This document shows positions 36,923 through 49,321 of a stretch of 64,000 nt of DNA, piece by piece. Below the pieces are notes generated by a model, which was not told the DNA's origin, did no database searches, and worked only from the letters and a program-made list of their open reading frames with translations. The position numbers and the translations under genes are program-made. Source of the stretch: Lytechinus pictus (taxonomy: Eukaryota); contig NC_087245.1 in the NCBI RefSeq assembly GCF_037042905.1, positions 12,960,001-13,024,000 on the forward strand. The letters are read 5' to 3'. The first letter of the stretch is position 1. Each line of letters begins with the position of its first letter.

Positions 36923-38493
36923 TTAAAACAAACAGTTTGGATGCTTTCTTTGTGATGGTACCCTTTACCAATCTCTGTGGATACTAGAGATAGACAGCAT
37001 GGACTCTTTCCGTAATATGATGTTATCCTATACTCTGGATGCTAAGGTTGCATTGCTTACAACCCTAACAGATCAAGTGGACTATTTCGTTATGTGTTAC
37101 CCTTTACCAGTCACTGTAGATATTAGGAATGGATTGCGGACAAATCAGAGTGGATTTTTTCCTTATGATGATATCCTTAACACTGTGGATACTAGAAATT
37201 GATTGCCAACAACCAAAACAGTATGAACTCTTTCCTTGTGATGAAATCCTATAAAACGACCCACATGCCATCAAGGTACAGAGTATAGGGTAAGGGAGAA
37301 GAAACTGTTTAGAATTGGGTACACTGGGTTTAGAGAGACCCTGAAGGAAAAATAATGTTGGATGAGGGATGAGGTGGACCAAGGAGGATTCTGGAAGTGG
37401 GTGAGAATACTTTGTAGATTTTTCTTCATTTTTTTAGTGTAGGGACTAATTTTATGGGACTGAAATTTGGGACAAAAGGAGGCAAATGCATTTTTTCATG
37501 ACTCTTTTACAACCTTATTTCCTTGAAATTTGCATCATCCATGCAGTGTCTAACCTTTTGTTTGAGTGTTTTCAGATTTAGGTCATATGCAAGATACAGG
37601 AGAGCGTTTGTTGGCTTCAAGTGCAGACTGCTTTTGTGTCATCGGATCATGGAATGTCAGAGACCGTCCTTATGGATCAGAAGTACGAGGAGGAAGAAAT
37701 GGTCTGAGTAACCTGATATGTGTGAGGGTTCACACCCAGCATGTATTACTTGCATGATCTCACGACCAGAATTTTACCCCACCTCCCGTTCCCTGTTGAA
37801 ATGTCTGAAATAGCCCAGTTTAAGGACGTTCCACAGTTATGTTTGTGTACATCATGATCTGCGCATATATTTTGCCATGCGCATTGATGTCACAATGGAT
37901 AAACAGCTGATTGATTAGCTATAGGTATCAGTCGTTTTTAAATGATCTACATTCTAACTGCAGATTCAATGTGTTAGCTTATAAAGCTAAGTAGCTGGAA
38001 ATAATCCATGGACCAATACTTTTAAACACCACTACAATTTCCGAATACTTTACTCTGAAGTGCTGCAAAGTATGACGAATATGTCCTCGAGTTCAAATAA
38101 ATGGTAGAGAGGTTTAGAAATTTTCCTCACGTAGATACAAAGCCTTTGGCGCCGTTTTGGTGTTTTAGATATCACACTTGCTCCAACAAAAGTGCTGATA
38201 ATTTGAAAACAAGTACATAAGCTCCTATTTTTTTAATGCTTGCACCGCTTCAAGCTTGTAAATTTTGTTGAAAATGACATCGATTTTGATTAAAAGTGCA
38301 GCATTTATTGTATTTCTCAGATTTCAACTTTTTGAGATAATGTTTTTGTCTGAAATTGAAAGAAATGAAAGTGCTGTTAGCGGTAAAAAGGCAAACAGAT
38401 AGCACTGTGAATGAATTCCCCATCTTTAGTATACAATTCGGAACTGAAATTTACATGGATATTGACTTAGTAATACAGGATTATCGTAAACGT

Positions 38494-39939
38494 CCTGGGG
38501 GGCTGGTCAAATGTATTGCTGTACACACGCGTGGCCAAATTATTTCCAAACAACCCCTAAACAAGTTTTTCGCGGGCTTAATTTACACATATTGGCCCCT
38601 AAACAAGTTGTCGCCAGAATATGACCCCGGGGAAAAAGCTTGGGGAAAAAACATACCCAACACGTTTGACTACTCTTAAAAAAACGCTTTGGGGAAAAAA
38701 ACATACCCTAAATACGTTTGACCCCACGAGTGACCATTGACTAGTCTTTCAAAACCACCCTTTTTCTTGAAAATCTGTGTTTTTGATACCAAATTCTTGG
38801 TTTTGATTGGCTGAGAGGCACTGGCCTCTGTTACTGTGGTAATTGTCAGAGAAAGTCAATTTTTTCACAGCTGACAACTTTCATAAAGCGGTCCCCTGAT
38901 TTTCATTATGGAGGTCATTGTTCCACTCATACGCAATAGGAGCGTACATACACAGAGGAAATGGAACTTTAAATCTCAATCCAGATGATTATTGGATAAA
39001 TTCCTAATTTGTTTATTGCCAACACGTCCACTCATCACAAGCTTTGAAAAAAACATACCCTAAAAACGTTTGACCCTGTAATTGACCATTGACCAGTCTT
39101 TCAAAACTATCCCTTTTTTGTCTCGCCCACCGGAGGTGAAGGCGAGACTTAGGGATCCAAATGTTGTCCGTCGTCTGTCCGTCACAAACCTAATGACACA
39201 TAACTCCACAACCGTAAGTCGATTTCCAACCAAACTTGGATGGTAGATGGACTTGGGGGACCTGCATGTTATGCTGCAGTCGGAGGTCACATGGTAAGGT
39301 CAAAGGTCATTTTCAGGTCAATGTTAAAGTTTACATGCAAGACTTTCTTATGACACCTAACTCCGCAACCGTAAGTTACTTTTCAACCAAACTTGGATGG
39401 TAGATGGACTTGGGGGACCTGCATGTTATGCTGCAGTCAGAGGTCACATGGTAAGGTCAAAGGTCATTTTCAGGTCAACGTTAAAGTTTACATGCAAGAC
39501 TCTCTTATGACACCTAACTCCGCAACTGTAAGTCGCATTTCATCCAAACTTGGATGGTAGATGGACTTAGGTGACCTGCATGTTATGCTGCAGTCAGAGG
39601 TCACCTGGTAAGGTCAAAGGTCTTTTTCAGGTCAACATTAAAGTTTACGTGCAAGGCTCTTATGACAAGTGTTATTCCATCCCAGTCATTTCACAATGAA
39701 GTTTCGATATAATTCTCTTGCGTGCCCTCGCAAATCACGATATTTCTGGTCATTTTCATAAGTGGGCGAGACACAAAATTGCTTTTGCCTTGTTTGAAAA
39801 TCAGTCTTTCTTGATACACTTAATGAGTGCATGCGCGGCCCGCGTCCAAAACTGAAAAAACAGCCCTTTAATCGCGTTTTTTTTTGGTCACGCGTGTGTA
39901 CAGCAATATATTTGACTGGCCCCGCCCCCCCCCCCCTGG
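38494..39939. mobile_element. TIR MITE with CCTGGG/poly-G termini nested in 37824-39988
   Basis: GGTCAAATGTATTGCTGTACACACGCGTGGCCAAA / TTTGGTCACGCGTGTGTACAGCAATATATTTGAC. Flanks GTAAACGT / GTAAACAT. An isolated reverse-oriented end of the same family lies at ~18420-18490. Confidence 0.82.
39114..39793 (+). mobile_element. Helentron-associated non-autonomous element (DINE-1/HINE-like)
   Basis: Inserted in a T-run. Sub-terminal inverted repeat GTCTCGCCCAC / GTGGGCGAGAC, a 5' inverted partner GGCGAGAC, a GTCC/GTCT microsatellite, three ~180-bp internal tandem repeats and a 3' end CTTGTT. Confidence 0.8.
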
Positions 39940-40059
39940 TAAACATGTGGGGTCTAAAAATGTCAAATTCATTTTAACTGGAACGTCCTTAAATTGGGTT
40001 AATTCAAACCCTTTGTGTATCCTTTACGATTAGGTCATTTTGAGATCATGTACTGTGGG

Positions 40060-40640
40060 CTGTTGTAGTGTGAATAGGTGTTGTCTGAAGAGCCAGTGAA
40101 GGATAGAGGGGAAGAGAAATATCAGGAGGGACAATACCCATATTGGGATTTCATTTACTCTTCCTAATTCATGTTCTTTTTAATGGTTCTCACTATACCC
40201 CTGCATAAGATCTATCTCTGTTTATTCTGAGCGATTTGTCATGACCTTGGTTTCCTAGCCTTAGTCCTGACAGCATCTGTCCCTGTGTGAGACAGCAGGA
40301 CTGGATCTCATACACTTAACCACCATCTTTCGATTTCTGCTTGAGTCATTTGAGTTCATGTTATCACAGTAGAAAGAGAAGGTTTACTTACTCATGCCTG
40401 AGGTGAACCCTTAACTCTTATTCAGAGCTGTCAGCAGTATGAGCCAGTAACACTGATAACTGAAACTTATCTTGGTTTTTTGTGATATTTTGCCCACTAT
40501 TTCCTCTTACCTACCACCAGTTGGCTGTAAGCTCCCCCTGACCCAACTGCTCTTTTGATCAGACCCTTTCTTTACAGCCTCGGTCATGCCGAGATTGACA
40601 TCATCTGTCCCTGTGCGAGACAGCAGAATCAGCCTGCGTA
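40060..40640 (-). repeat. Dispersed, internally deleted copy of the 31.5-33 kb element
   Basis: 40210-40600 matches 31660-32060 and 32880-32920 in collinear blocks, e.g. TTAGTCCTGACAGCATCTGTCCCTGTGTGAGAC. Confidence 0.8.
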
Positions 40641-40976
40641 TGATTGTAAAAGAGTCTCCTCAAAGTTCATTGAAAAGGCAATGTAATAAAAAAGATGAAC
40701 AGTAAAAAGAAAATTATAAAAAATATATATTTTTAAATTTTTTTAATATGAAATTTTAATTTTTAATTTTTAGTTTTTAATTTTTAATTTCTAATTTGTG
40801 ATTTTATTGATTTTACGCCTATCTACATTGATACAAATTTCTTAGATTATCATGCAAAACGGAGATCTGAGGGGGGGAGGGGTCTTAATGACCCCCCCCC
40901 CCCACTAAAAAAAGGGTGGTCTAATTGGCCCCCCCCCCCCTCTAAAAACCGGGGGGTGTTTCTTATAGTCGCAATT

Positions 40977-41437
40977 GTGACCTGCCACCCCAAACCGACA
41001 ATAAGTTGCCCAAAATGAATTTTCAGATTTCTATTGAGTTTGAACAAGCACATCCTGAGCTTAAAATGATGTATGATTTGTTAAACTTGATCAACAATAA
41101 TTCACTCAGATACATGATTGAATGCAGAGAAAACAAAGCCAGAGATTCAGAAGATAGGAAGAAAACAATGTTTGAAGTTTGTGTTCTCTCACGCATGAGA
41201 TCTGCACTCCCATTTTAATGAAAGCAGTCCACAAAAACTTACATCAAAGAAACACTTGTATTTTGTTTTTTATACAAACAAGCGTAAGACTTGAAATTTT
41301 TACAGTATAAAAGATGCAGAAATGCTCCGTTAGACAAGCTGATTTTTTATCTTTTTTTTTGAAGATCAATTGTCTATTTGGGCTATTAACAGAACCTTCC
41401 CTGGCAATTTATTGGTGGTTTTGGGGTGGTTGGTCAC
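40977..41437. mobile_element. TIR MITE with AATT target duplication (Sola-like)
   Basis: AATT|GTGACCTGCCACCCCAAACCGACAATAAGTTGCC ... GGCAATTTATTGGTGGTTTTGGGGTGGTTGGTCAC|AATT. The superfamily is inferred from the TSD only. Confidence 0.75.
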
Positions 41438-42879
41438 AATTCAAGTCCCTAACTGCAGTGGGGTGGGAGGGGCCTTGATCATTTATCTCCAAGGTCAGAA
41501 ATAGCCCACAAAGAAGGTTAAACCCAAATTATAAATCATAGCACATATTATTAATTTCTCTAATCACCGATTTCAACACTTTCCAAATGGTTTAGTGGGG
41601 GAGGGGGTACTCACATTTTGTTCTGAAAAGATTGTGCCATTGAAGTTCATGAAGGTCAGTTATGCTAGGAACTGCTATTAAGGTGTTTTTACACACTTAC
41701 ATATATTTTTTCTCAAGTGGCACACTTAAAAAGGCAAGTTTTCAAAAGTCTGCACTGTGTCTTTAGCAGAATTCCTCCTATGAACGTGGTGTCTTTCACA
41801 GCATGATAATTGTCTGTGATAAAATGTGCGAATTGGCAATTGGCCTGCGGGAAAGAAGCAGCTTTGATTTTTGACAAGGTGCCGAACGAGTTGAGTACCC
41901 CCTCCCCCATCAATATTCCCTACCCACAATGTGCAGACACAATGATATGAATGTAGGTTAATAGTGAAATAACAGATGCAACCCTCTAGTAGATGATGAA
42001 TGGATCCTACAAGAACCATGGCAGGGTCCATGATAAATTTTTTCTGTCTCACCAACCTTAGAAGAGATAAGGTAGTGCACAGTGTCATTGTAATCATATG
42101 ATGATCAAGTATGGACATATTTGTCCATGATCAGAGAGAAATTTGACATCTCTGAGGCTCAACCCTACAGGGTTAAACACTGTTTTTCAAACAATTTTAA
42201 TATAGGTAGGGGAACCACCTCTCACACAATGGAGATATGAATACTCTATTTGCAGTCTCATTAGTTATTATGCTTGCCTGCAGTCAATAACTTGCAATAA
42301 TGCATAACTTTTTTTTGTTAAGAGAGAAATTCTTGAATCCATTTATGGTTTCTATAGTAAAACCATTTGTATGATGGATATATTTTATGCTTTTATCTTT
42401 CACATAATCGAGATGCATATTTGCAGGCTTATTATGCCAAATTATATAATACTTATTCATCTTGATTAAGATATGATATCAGTACACTTGTAAAGAATCG
42501 CATACTGTCTGTATCAGATTTATTGGTATAGCAAATCATATTATATATACTCCTCTAGCTTGACCAATTATTGAGGAAAAAATATGATACCAGTACACTT
42601 GTTAAGAGTTTGAGGGTATTTAGCACTTGATTATTTTAGTAACTGGTAATCATGTCACTGCCAGATTTATTGGTATAGCCATGCTATTACCTATTGAGAG
42701 ATATGTACAATATTCTAAATTTCCTCTTCTATTTGCCACCAAATTGGTGGGAATTGACACTGTGCGCTACCTTTAACCTTTAACCTTGCAGGATGAAACT
42801 ATTATCACTTATACCTCAGTCACATTTCCCAAAATGTAGTCTATTGTCTGTCAAAGGTTTATTTTTTCAAAATCTGATT

Positions 42880-45720
42880 ATATGATTATTATCATACTGA
42901 CTTCAATTTGAACATTGTTATTGATATTCTCATCTTTGATTATTTTTGTTTTTTACTATTGTTATCATTATTAACAATTTTTTTATTTATGGTGATTGTT
43001 TTTATTGTTATTGTTTTGAGTAGAGGATTATTTGTGACATTGTTACCACTCCTATCTGATTGCCTGTGTGTAGAGCAGTCATGGTGTGATTTATCCCTAA
43101 GCAATCGATGATGCAGGAATATGGGAGACGCCCGGTTTGAGAAACTTTTTAGCCTCTGTCATTTGTCAGCTCACTGGCAAGTGACTGGGGCTGATTGCGA
43201 CTCAGACCGGGCGTTCCTGCATCACCTTTTGCTTGGAGATATAATCACCCCATGACTTGTCTGTGCACAAGCAATCAGACAGAAGTGGTAACAATTCAAA
43301 TTCAATCCTCTAATCAGAACAATAATAACAATTAAAAACAGTCACCATAAAAATAAAATATTGTAATAATGATAACAAAAGTATTAACAAAATTATCAAC
43401 GATGACAATATCAATAAAAATGTTCAACAATATTGATGTCAGTATCATAATAAACACTGAAATAATCAGCAAACAAATTATATAAGTGCCATGTCTATTG
43501 TTGTTTGTATTGGCATATATTTTGGTCTTTGGCCATTATCATGATATATTTTTTTGTTTGGCATTATTTTTGCAGTTATCTTCAATATATCATTTTTTTT
43601 TACATTGTTACCACTCCTGTCTGTAGACCAGTCAAGGTGGTACATGTAATTTATCTCTCCAAGCAATTGATATACGCAGGAATATTTGATGCGTCGGGTT
43701 TATTACCCATTGTTATTAAAGATTGTTAATAGTGGCATATAGTGGCATTGTCATTTTTGCATTGTATATGTGGCATTATTTTACAGATATTATTTGCATG
43801 TTTATTTTTTGCAATAAGTAGATGATTTTGTGGTATTGTCTACCACTCTTATCTTATTGCCTATAAAGTGCTGACCAGTCATGGTGTAATTTATCTCCAA
43901 GAAATTTATAGACACAGGAATAGTGGATCATCCTGTTATTATCAATTTATTTTCCCATGATGGGATCATCGTGGTCTAGTGGTTCTGACTCTCGTCTTTC
44001 AGAGGGTCCAGGGTTAGAATCCTAGCCATGGTTTGTTTTCTTTCAGCAAACACACTGTGCTGCACTCCACACAGGTTAGGTGAATGAGTATCTGCATGGC
44101 AGAATTTTTTTTCATTCCAACAATGCAGCGCTGATGAAAGCGCTATATAAATCTGGCAATCAGTGTGTTCTTACTCCAGAAACAGTTGCTCACATGGGTA
44201 GTATATTGCTTTAATTTTGTTATATTGTTATATTGCCATTTGTTATATTGCTATGTTGATTGCCATTATGATGTATTGTTTTGTTTGGCATTGTGATTGA
44301 GGTAAATTGTCTTCATTATATCATTTTTCTAATGAGTAAAGGATGATTTTGTGATATTGTTACCACTCCTGTCTGATTGCCTGTGTTTAGAACAGTCATG
44401 GTGTGATTTATCCCTAAGCAATCGATGACACAGGGAACATGGGAGGCGCTCGGTTTGGGAAACTTTTCAGCCCCTGTCATTTGTCGGTTTACTGGCAAGT
44501 GACAAGGGCTGATTGCGACTCAGACCGGGCGTTCTTGCGTCATCTTTTGCTTGGAGATATAATCACTCCATGACTTTTCTATAAGTGGTAAAAATTCATA
44601 TTTATTCCTTTTACTCTTGTTATTGTAATTGCATATATATTTTGTTAATTACAAGTACTGTTATATTGCCATTGTCTTGATATACTTTTTTAGCATTGTG
44701 ATTGAGGTAAATTGTCTTCATTATATCATTTTTTCTGATGAGTAAAGGATGATTTTGTGGTATTGTTACCACTCCTGACTGATAGAGCAGTCATGGTGTG
44801 ATTATCCTCAAGCAAATGATAGACGCAGGAATATGGGTGGCGCCCTGTTTATTACCCATTGTTACTACAGATTGTCTATAGTGCCATTATTTTTGTTTTT
44901 ACAGTGGCCTTGTTATATTTACATGTATATGGCAATATTGTTCAGATATCATTTGCATTAGTGAATGATTTTGTGGTATTGTTTACTACTCCTGTCTAAT
45001 TGCCTGTATGTAGACCAGTCATGGTGTTATTATCTCCAAGCAATTGACAGCCGCAGGTATAGTGGCATTGTTATATTTACATTGTATGGCAATATTATTC
45101 AGACATTATATGCGTTATTTTTGCAATAATTGGATGATTACGCAGGAATAGTGGTATTGTTATATTTACATTTTATATATGGCAATATTGTTCAGATATC
45201 ATTTGCATTATAAGTGGATGATTTGTTTACCACTCCTTTGTGATTTCCTGTGTGTAGACCAGTCATGGTGGAATTTATATTTATATTGCAAATGCAAATG
45301 TTGTTTTGATGCAATGTTATTGTTTATATTGGCATATATTTTGTTTATTATTTATTACAAGTATTGTTATATTGCCATTATCTTCATACATTATTTTGTT
45401 TTGGCATTGTTATTGCAATTTATCATCCTTTTTAGGGGGCAAAATTATGATTTTGTGATATTGTTAACACTCCTGTCTGATTGCCTGTGTGTAGAGTAGT
45501 CATGGTGTGATTTATCCCTAAGCAATCGATGATGCAGGGAACATGGGAGGCGCTCGGTTTGGGAAACTTTTTAGCCCCTGTCATTTGTCAGTTTACTGGC
45601 AAGTGACAGGGGCTGATTGCGACTCAGACCGGGCGTTCCTGCGTCATCTTTTGCTTGGAGATATAATCACTACATGACTTGTCTATACACAAGCAATCAG
45701 ACAGGAGTGGTAACAATGTA
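42880..45720. repeat. Cluster of palindromic (fold-back) elements and half-copies
   Basis: Core TTGTTACCACTCCTGTCTGATTGC...GCAATCAGACAGGAGTGGTAACAA is full or nearly full at ~43040-43295, 44357-44595 and 45461-45717. Left arms alone occur at ~43605, 43835, 44762, 44978 and 45222. Confidence 0.82.
43962..44160 (+). mobile_element. Degenerate tRNA-derived SINE
   Basis: TGGTCTAGTGG A box, GGTTAGAATCC B-box variant, CTGTGCTGCACTC core and a GCGCTATATAAAT end similar to the 19531 copy. Confidence 0.7.
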
Positions 45721-46314
45721 ACGAAGAGCCATCTTTATCTTGTTATTACACTATATTATGTTATTTATATTATTTCCCTATTGAAGTGTATATTATTTGA
45801 TTATTAATATATATTAATTTTTATGCCCCTTATAAACTGTGTCTTGTGTCTTTATTTGTTAAAGGTGTATCATAATCATGAATGAAGATGAAAGCAAGAA
45901 ATTCCTGATAATTTGTTAGTGAATTAAACTTGCATGAGAGAGGGGGGGGGGGTTATTGTTTGAGGTATATCTGTATAGTCAGAATTATGGGATTAAGAGT
46001 TGGCGTATTGTAGTGAGAGATATTCAGGGGTGAAAGTTGTCAGCACTGAGTAAACTGTCAGTGCTGACAATTTCAGTGAAATTCTCGGTTTTGATTAGCT
46101 GAGAGCACTGGCCTCTGTTACTATGGTAACTGTCGGAGAAAGTCATTTTTTTCAGAGCTGACAACTTTCATAAAGCGGTCCTCTGATTTTCATTATGTAG
46201 GTCATTGTTCCACTCATACGTAATAGGAGCATACATACACAGAGGAAATGGAACTTTTAATCTCAAGATGATGATAAGGTAAATTCCGAATTTGTCTATT
46301 GCCACTCATCACAA

Positions 46315-46625
46315 GGTCTACCTTCATTTAGTCTAATACCATCCTGTCCATTAACATTTCGTCAAATAACCATTTGGTCCCGTAATCACTTTGTCTAATC
46401 GCCAGAATTGGTCTATGACCATTTCGTCTCATAACCAGTTGGTCTATTTTTTTTTCATTCGTTTCGCCCAATAAATACTTGGTCCAATTAGACCAAATGT
46501 TATATGAACTAAATGGGTATTAGATGAAATGGCAATTGGACCATGTGGATAGTGGATAAACTGATGGTAGATTAGTTTGTAATTGGACGAATCAGCATTA
46601 GACCAATGTAAATTAAACGTATGAT
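46315..46625. mobile_element. Fold-back MITE built of CATTTGGTC / GACCAAATG sub-repeats
   Basis: The left half has CATTT(A/C/G)GTC repeats and the right half has the inverse (TAGACCAAATG, TAGATGAAATG, TAGACCAATG). Confidence 0.6.
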
Positions 46626-47075
46626 TGTGTTTTTTGTCCATCATGATTCACATAACATAACGCAAGGAAGAAATGATTGAAAGAATTTGTTGAAACTTAT
46701 AATTATGACAAGATAATTTTGGTGTGCCTGCAGAAAAGCATGAATTGTTCACAATTATGCACTGTATTGTGGGATAGATTAATTTTCAAAAAGTCAATTT
46801 TCAAATCTCAAAAGTATTGGCATACAAAACACTGAGCAGATTGACTTGATTATTCTGAAAGAAAAAGCACACAAAATGAATTTTAATTGTTTTTTCATAT
46901 TAATGTCTGCAAAGGCGACATATTTATTTTTTATCAGCTTGAATTATATTACATTGTCCAATTTCTCTTTCTGCTGTGTGTCACATGCCTCTATAGGTCA
47001 GACTAGTCATGTTTAACAATGATAATTATGATGGTGGAATATTTTAAAGCAGTCAGAAAAACAGTAATAGATATA

Positions 47076-48060
47076 CCCAGGCCTTAACACAGATTTAAAC
47101 TATGCTTCAATTTAATGAGAGCGCGAAATTTGTTGATATTATGGAAATCCCAACTGGAACCAGTTGGGCAACTGGAAATCCTAACTGGAACCAGTTGGGT
47201 AACTGGAAATGATTTCCAATTGGTTTCCAATTGGAAATTTTCCAGTTACCCAACTGGATCCAATTGAAACCAGTTAATTTGCATATTATCTGCCAGTGTG
47301 CACAGATTAATGTTTTATGAGATTCATCATCATTAACAATGTATCTATTTTTCTCTTTTCAATTACAAGTACCACACTTTTTAAAGATAAGTATTTAGAA
47401 TACTTTGCAGTGAAAACCATGTTCATAAATGTTATAGATTATAATTAAAACAGATTAAAGGATAATTAGTACACCACTAACTGTTACCAAATTACATCAA
47501 ATGAAAATACATATATTTGAAGATCTTCCATATAAATATATGTACATATGAAAGTCTGTATTTTATCAATGCCCTTTACATTGGTATTAATAGACATATA
47601 ACACTGCTTCTGTGTTGGCATGAGCAATAGTTAGTGCAAATGCTAATTAATTTGTAACTAATCAAGTTCATTCCAACTGGAAGTTCCAATTGGTTCCAGT
47701 TGGAAACCAATTGGTTTCAACTGGTTCCAGTTCAGTGAAACCAGTTGCCTCCAATTGGTTTCAACTGGAACCAATTGAAACCAGTTGCCTCCAATTGGAT
47801 TCAACTGGTTTTAATAGGGAAATTGGAACAACTGGAACCAATTGACACAAATTGCCAACTGGTTCCAGTTGCTCAATTGGTTTTAACTGGAACCAATTGG
47901 CAACTGGTTTTCAATTGGAACCAATTGGTTTTAACTGGAACCAATTGGCAACTGGTTTTCAATTGGAACCAGTTGTTCCAATTTCCCTATTGAAACCAGT
48001 TGGCCAACTGGTTTCAATTGGTTTTACCCTAATTGGTTTTAACTGGATTTTGGTCCTGGG
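47076..48060. mobile_element. CCCAGG...CCTGGG element with AACTGG/CCAGTT/CCAATTGG sub-terminal arrays (EnSpm/CACTA-like)
   Basis: Imperfect TIRs flanked by ATA on both sides. Dense palindromic sub-terminal repeats at 47145-47280 and 47670-48050. Confidence 0.72.
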
Positions 48061-48249
48061 ATAAGGTCTGAAAACTGGAACTTTTAGAATTTTTAAGTAT
48101 TGTCTTACGGCCAAGGAAACCTGTGCAGGAGAATATCTTTCATTGCACGCGCAGTTGCGGTATAGCGTGGTTTGCGTGCGTGTGAACCAACAGAATGCGA
48201 TGCCACTGCGTTTGTTTTATAATTCTGAGAATGAAACCGCTATTACTTG

Positions 48250-48585
48250 CACTCTAAAAACATTTTACTCAATATTGGGTAGAAAGGGTACATGCATGTT
48301 TGCTGGGTATTTTTTTTTTACCCATTTGCAGAAAACTTTTGCCATAGAAAACTCTGGGAAATAAACAAAAACTCTGGCAAACAATTAAAATTATGCCTTT
48401 GAAACTTATACATTAAAAAACTTTGGCAAAAAATTGCCAGAGTTTTTTATGGCAAAAAAATTATGCAACGGGTCCATGGGTTCATATTGGGCTATTTCAG
48501 AGCAACATTGCATAATTTTTTTTTTATCCAACCAACATGCATGTTCCCATTTTACCCAATATCGGGTAAACCCTTTTTTAAAGTG
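48250..48585. mobile_element. CAC-terminal MITE with 2-bp TSD (EnSpm/CACTA-like)
   Basis: TG|CACTCTAAAAA...ATATTGGGTAGAAAGGGTACATGCATGTT / AACATGCATGTTCCCATTTTACCCAATAT...TTTTTAAAGTG|TG. Confidence 0.8.
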
Positions 48586-48675
48586 TGACTTCTCTCTTAT
48601 TAATTTTGGTTGCCTGAAAGAAAAAAATGTAGGTCTATATGATAAACCATGCACACACAATGTTAGGCATATTAA

Positions 48676-48973
48676 AGGTCAAGTCCATGCACCCAGGAAA
48701 ATATTGATTTGAATAAATAGAAAAAAAATCAAACTATATAGCATAACGCTGAAAATTCCATCAAAATCGGACGCAAAATAAGAAAGTTATGACATTTATA
48801 AAGTTTCACTTATAGACAAAACAATTATGCACAACTCAGTAACGTGCAAATGATACTGTCGATGATGTCCTTCACTCACTATTTCTTTTGTTTTATTGTT
48901 TGAATTATACAATATTTCATTTTTTTTTTGTTTGACAAAAAGGACCAACTTTTTGTTAGGGTGGACTTGTCGT
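48676..48973. mobile_element. Kolobok-type MITE just upstream of GOSR2
   Basis: TTAA|AGGTCAAGTCCA ... TGGACTTGTCGT|TTAA. Confidence 0.72.
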
Positions 48974-49129
48974 TTAACTATATATGTGGATTTTTTATTG
49001 TAAAATTTGCCTGGATTTTAATCAGTAATCTAGGAATAGGAGTCTAAATTTGTGATCTTGTGAAAGCGAAACCCCACCCCTAACTGTGAGAAGGGCTACT
49101 CCGACTCCACCCCTATAACTACTACCCCG

Positions 49130-49292
49130 CCCCTCTAGCTCTCGGCCCCGACCTCAATCGTAGTACGGGTCAACCGGTATTTTTATACAACGTGTACGTG
49201 TACCGGCCGTACTTCCGTTGCGTGATAAACAATCGAGCCACGGTGGACAATCGGATTCGGAGCTGACAAGCAAGGATAAACTTAAGTAAAAA
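49130..49292 (+). promoter_or_regulatory. Probable GOSR2 promoter/5' UTR (CpG-enriched, ETS-like ACTTCCG motif)
   Basis: Local CpG enrichment immediately upstream of exon 1, with ACTTCCGT near 49211. The TSS cannot be determined from sequence. Confidence 0.45.
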
Positions 49293-49321
49293 ATGGAGAA
49301 ACTTTACCATGAAACAAATAA
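49293..49321 (+). CDS. GOSR2: GOSR2/membrin exon 1 (coding part, 29 nt, MEKLYHETN+K)
   Basis: ATG at 49293 in AAAATGG context, then donor AA|GTGAGT. Splices in frame to 56884. The peptide resembles the GOSR2 N-terminus recalled from memory (MDPLFQQTHK), with the same phase-2 intron. Confidence 0.88.

Larger units (their letters stand above)
37824..39988. mobile_element. TTAA-flanked (Kolobok-like) non-autonomous element hosting nested insertions
   Basis: TTAA|GGACGTTCC(AC)AGTTA ... TAACTGGAACGTCC|TTAA. Confidence 0.78.

Noticed and set aside
41713..42118. Overlapping minus-strand ORFs (130 aa and 66 aa) as a gene
   Set aside because: No recognisable domain or splice structure. At most a decayed transposase fragment.
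47745..48064. Repetitive NWNQL/TGFQLEP ORFs
   Set aside because: They are translations of AACTGG/CCAATTGG sub-terminal DNA repeats.
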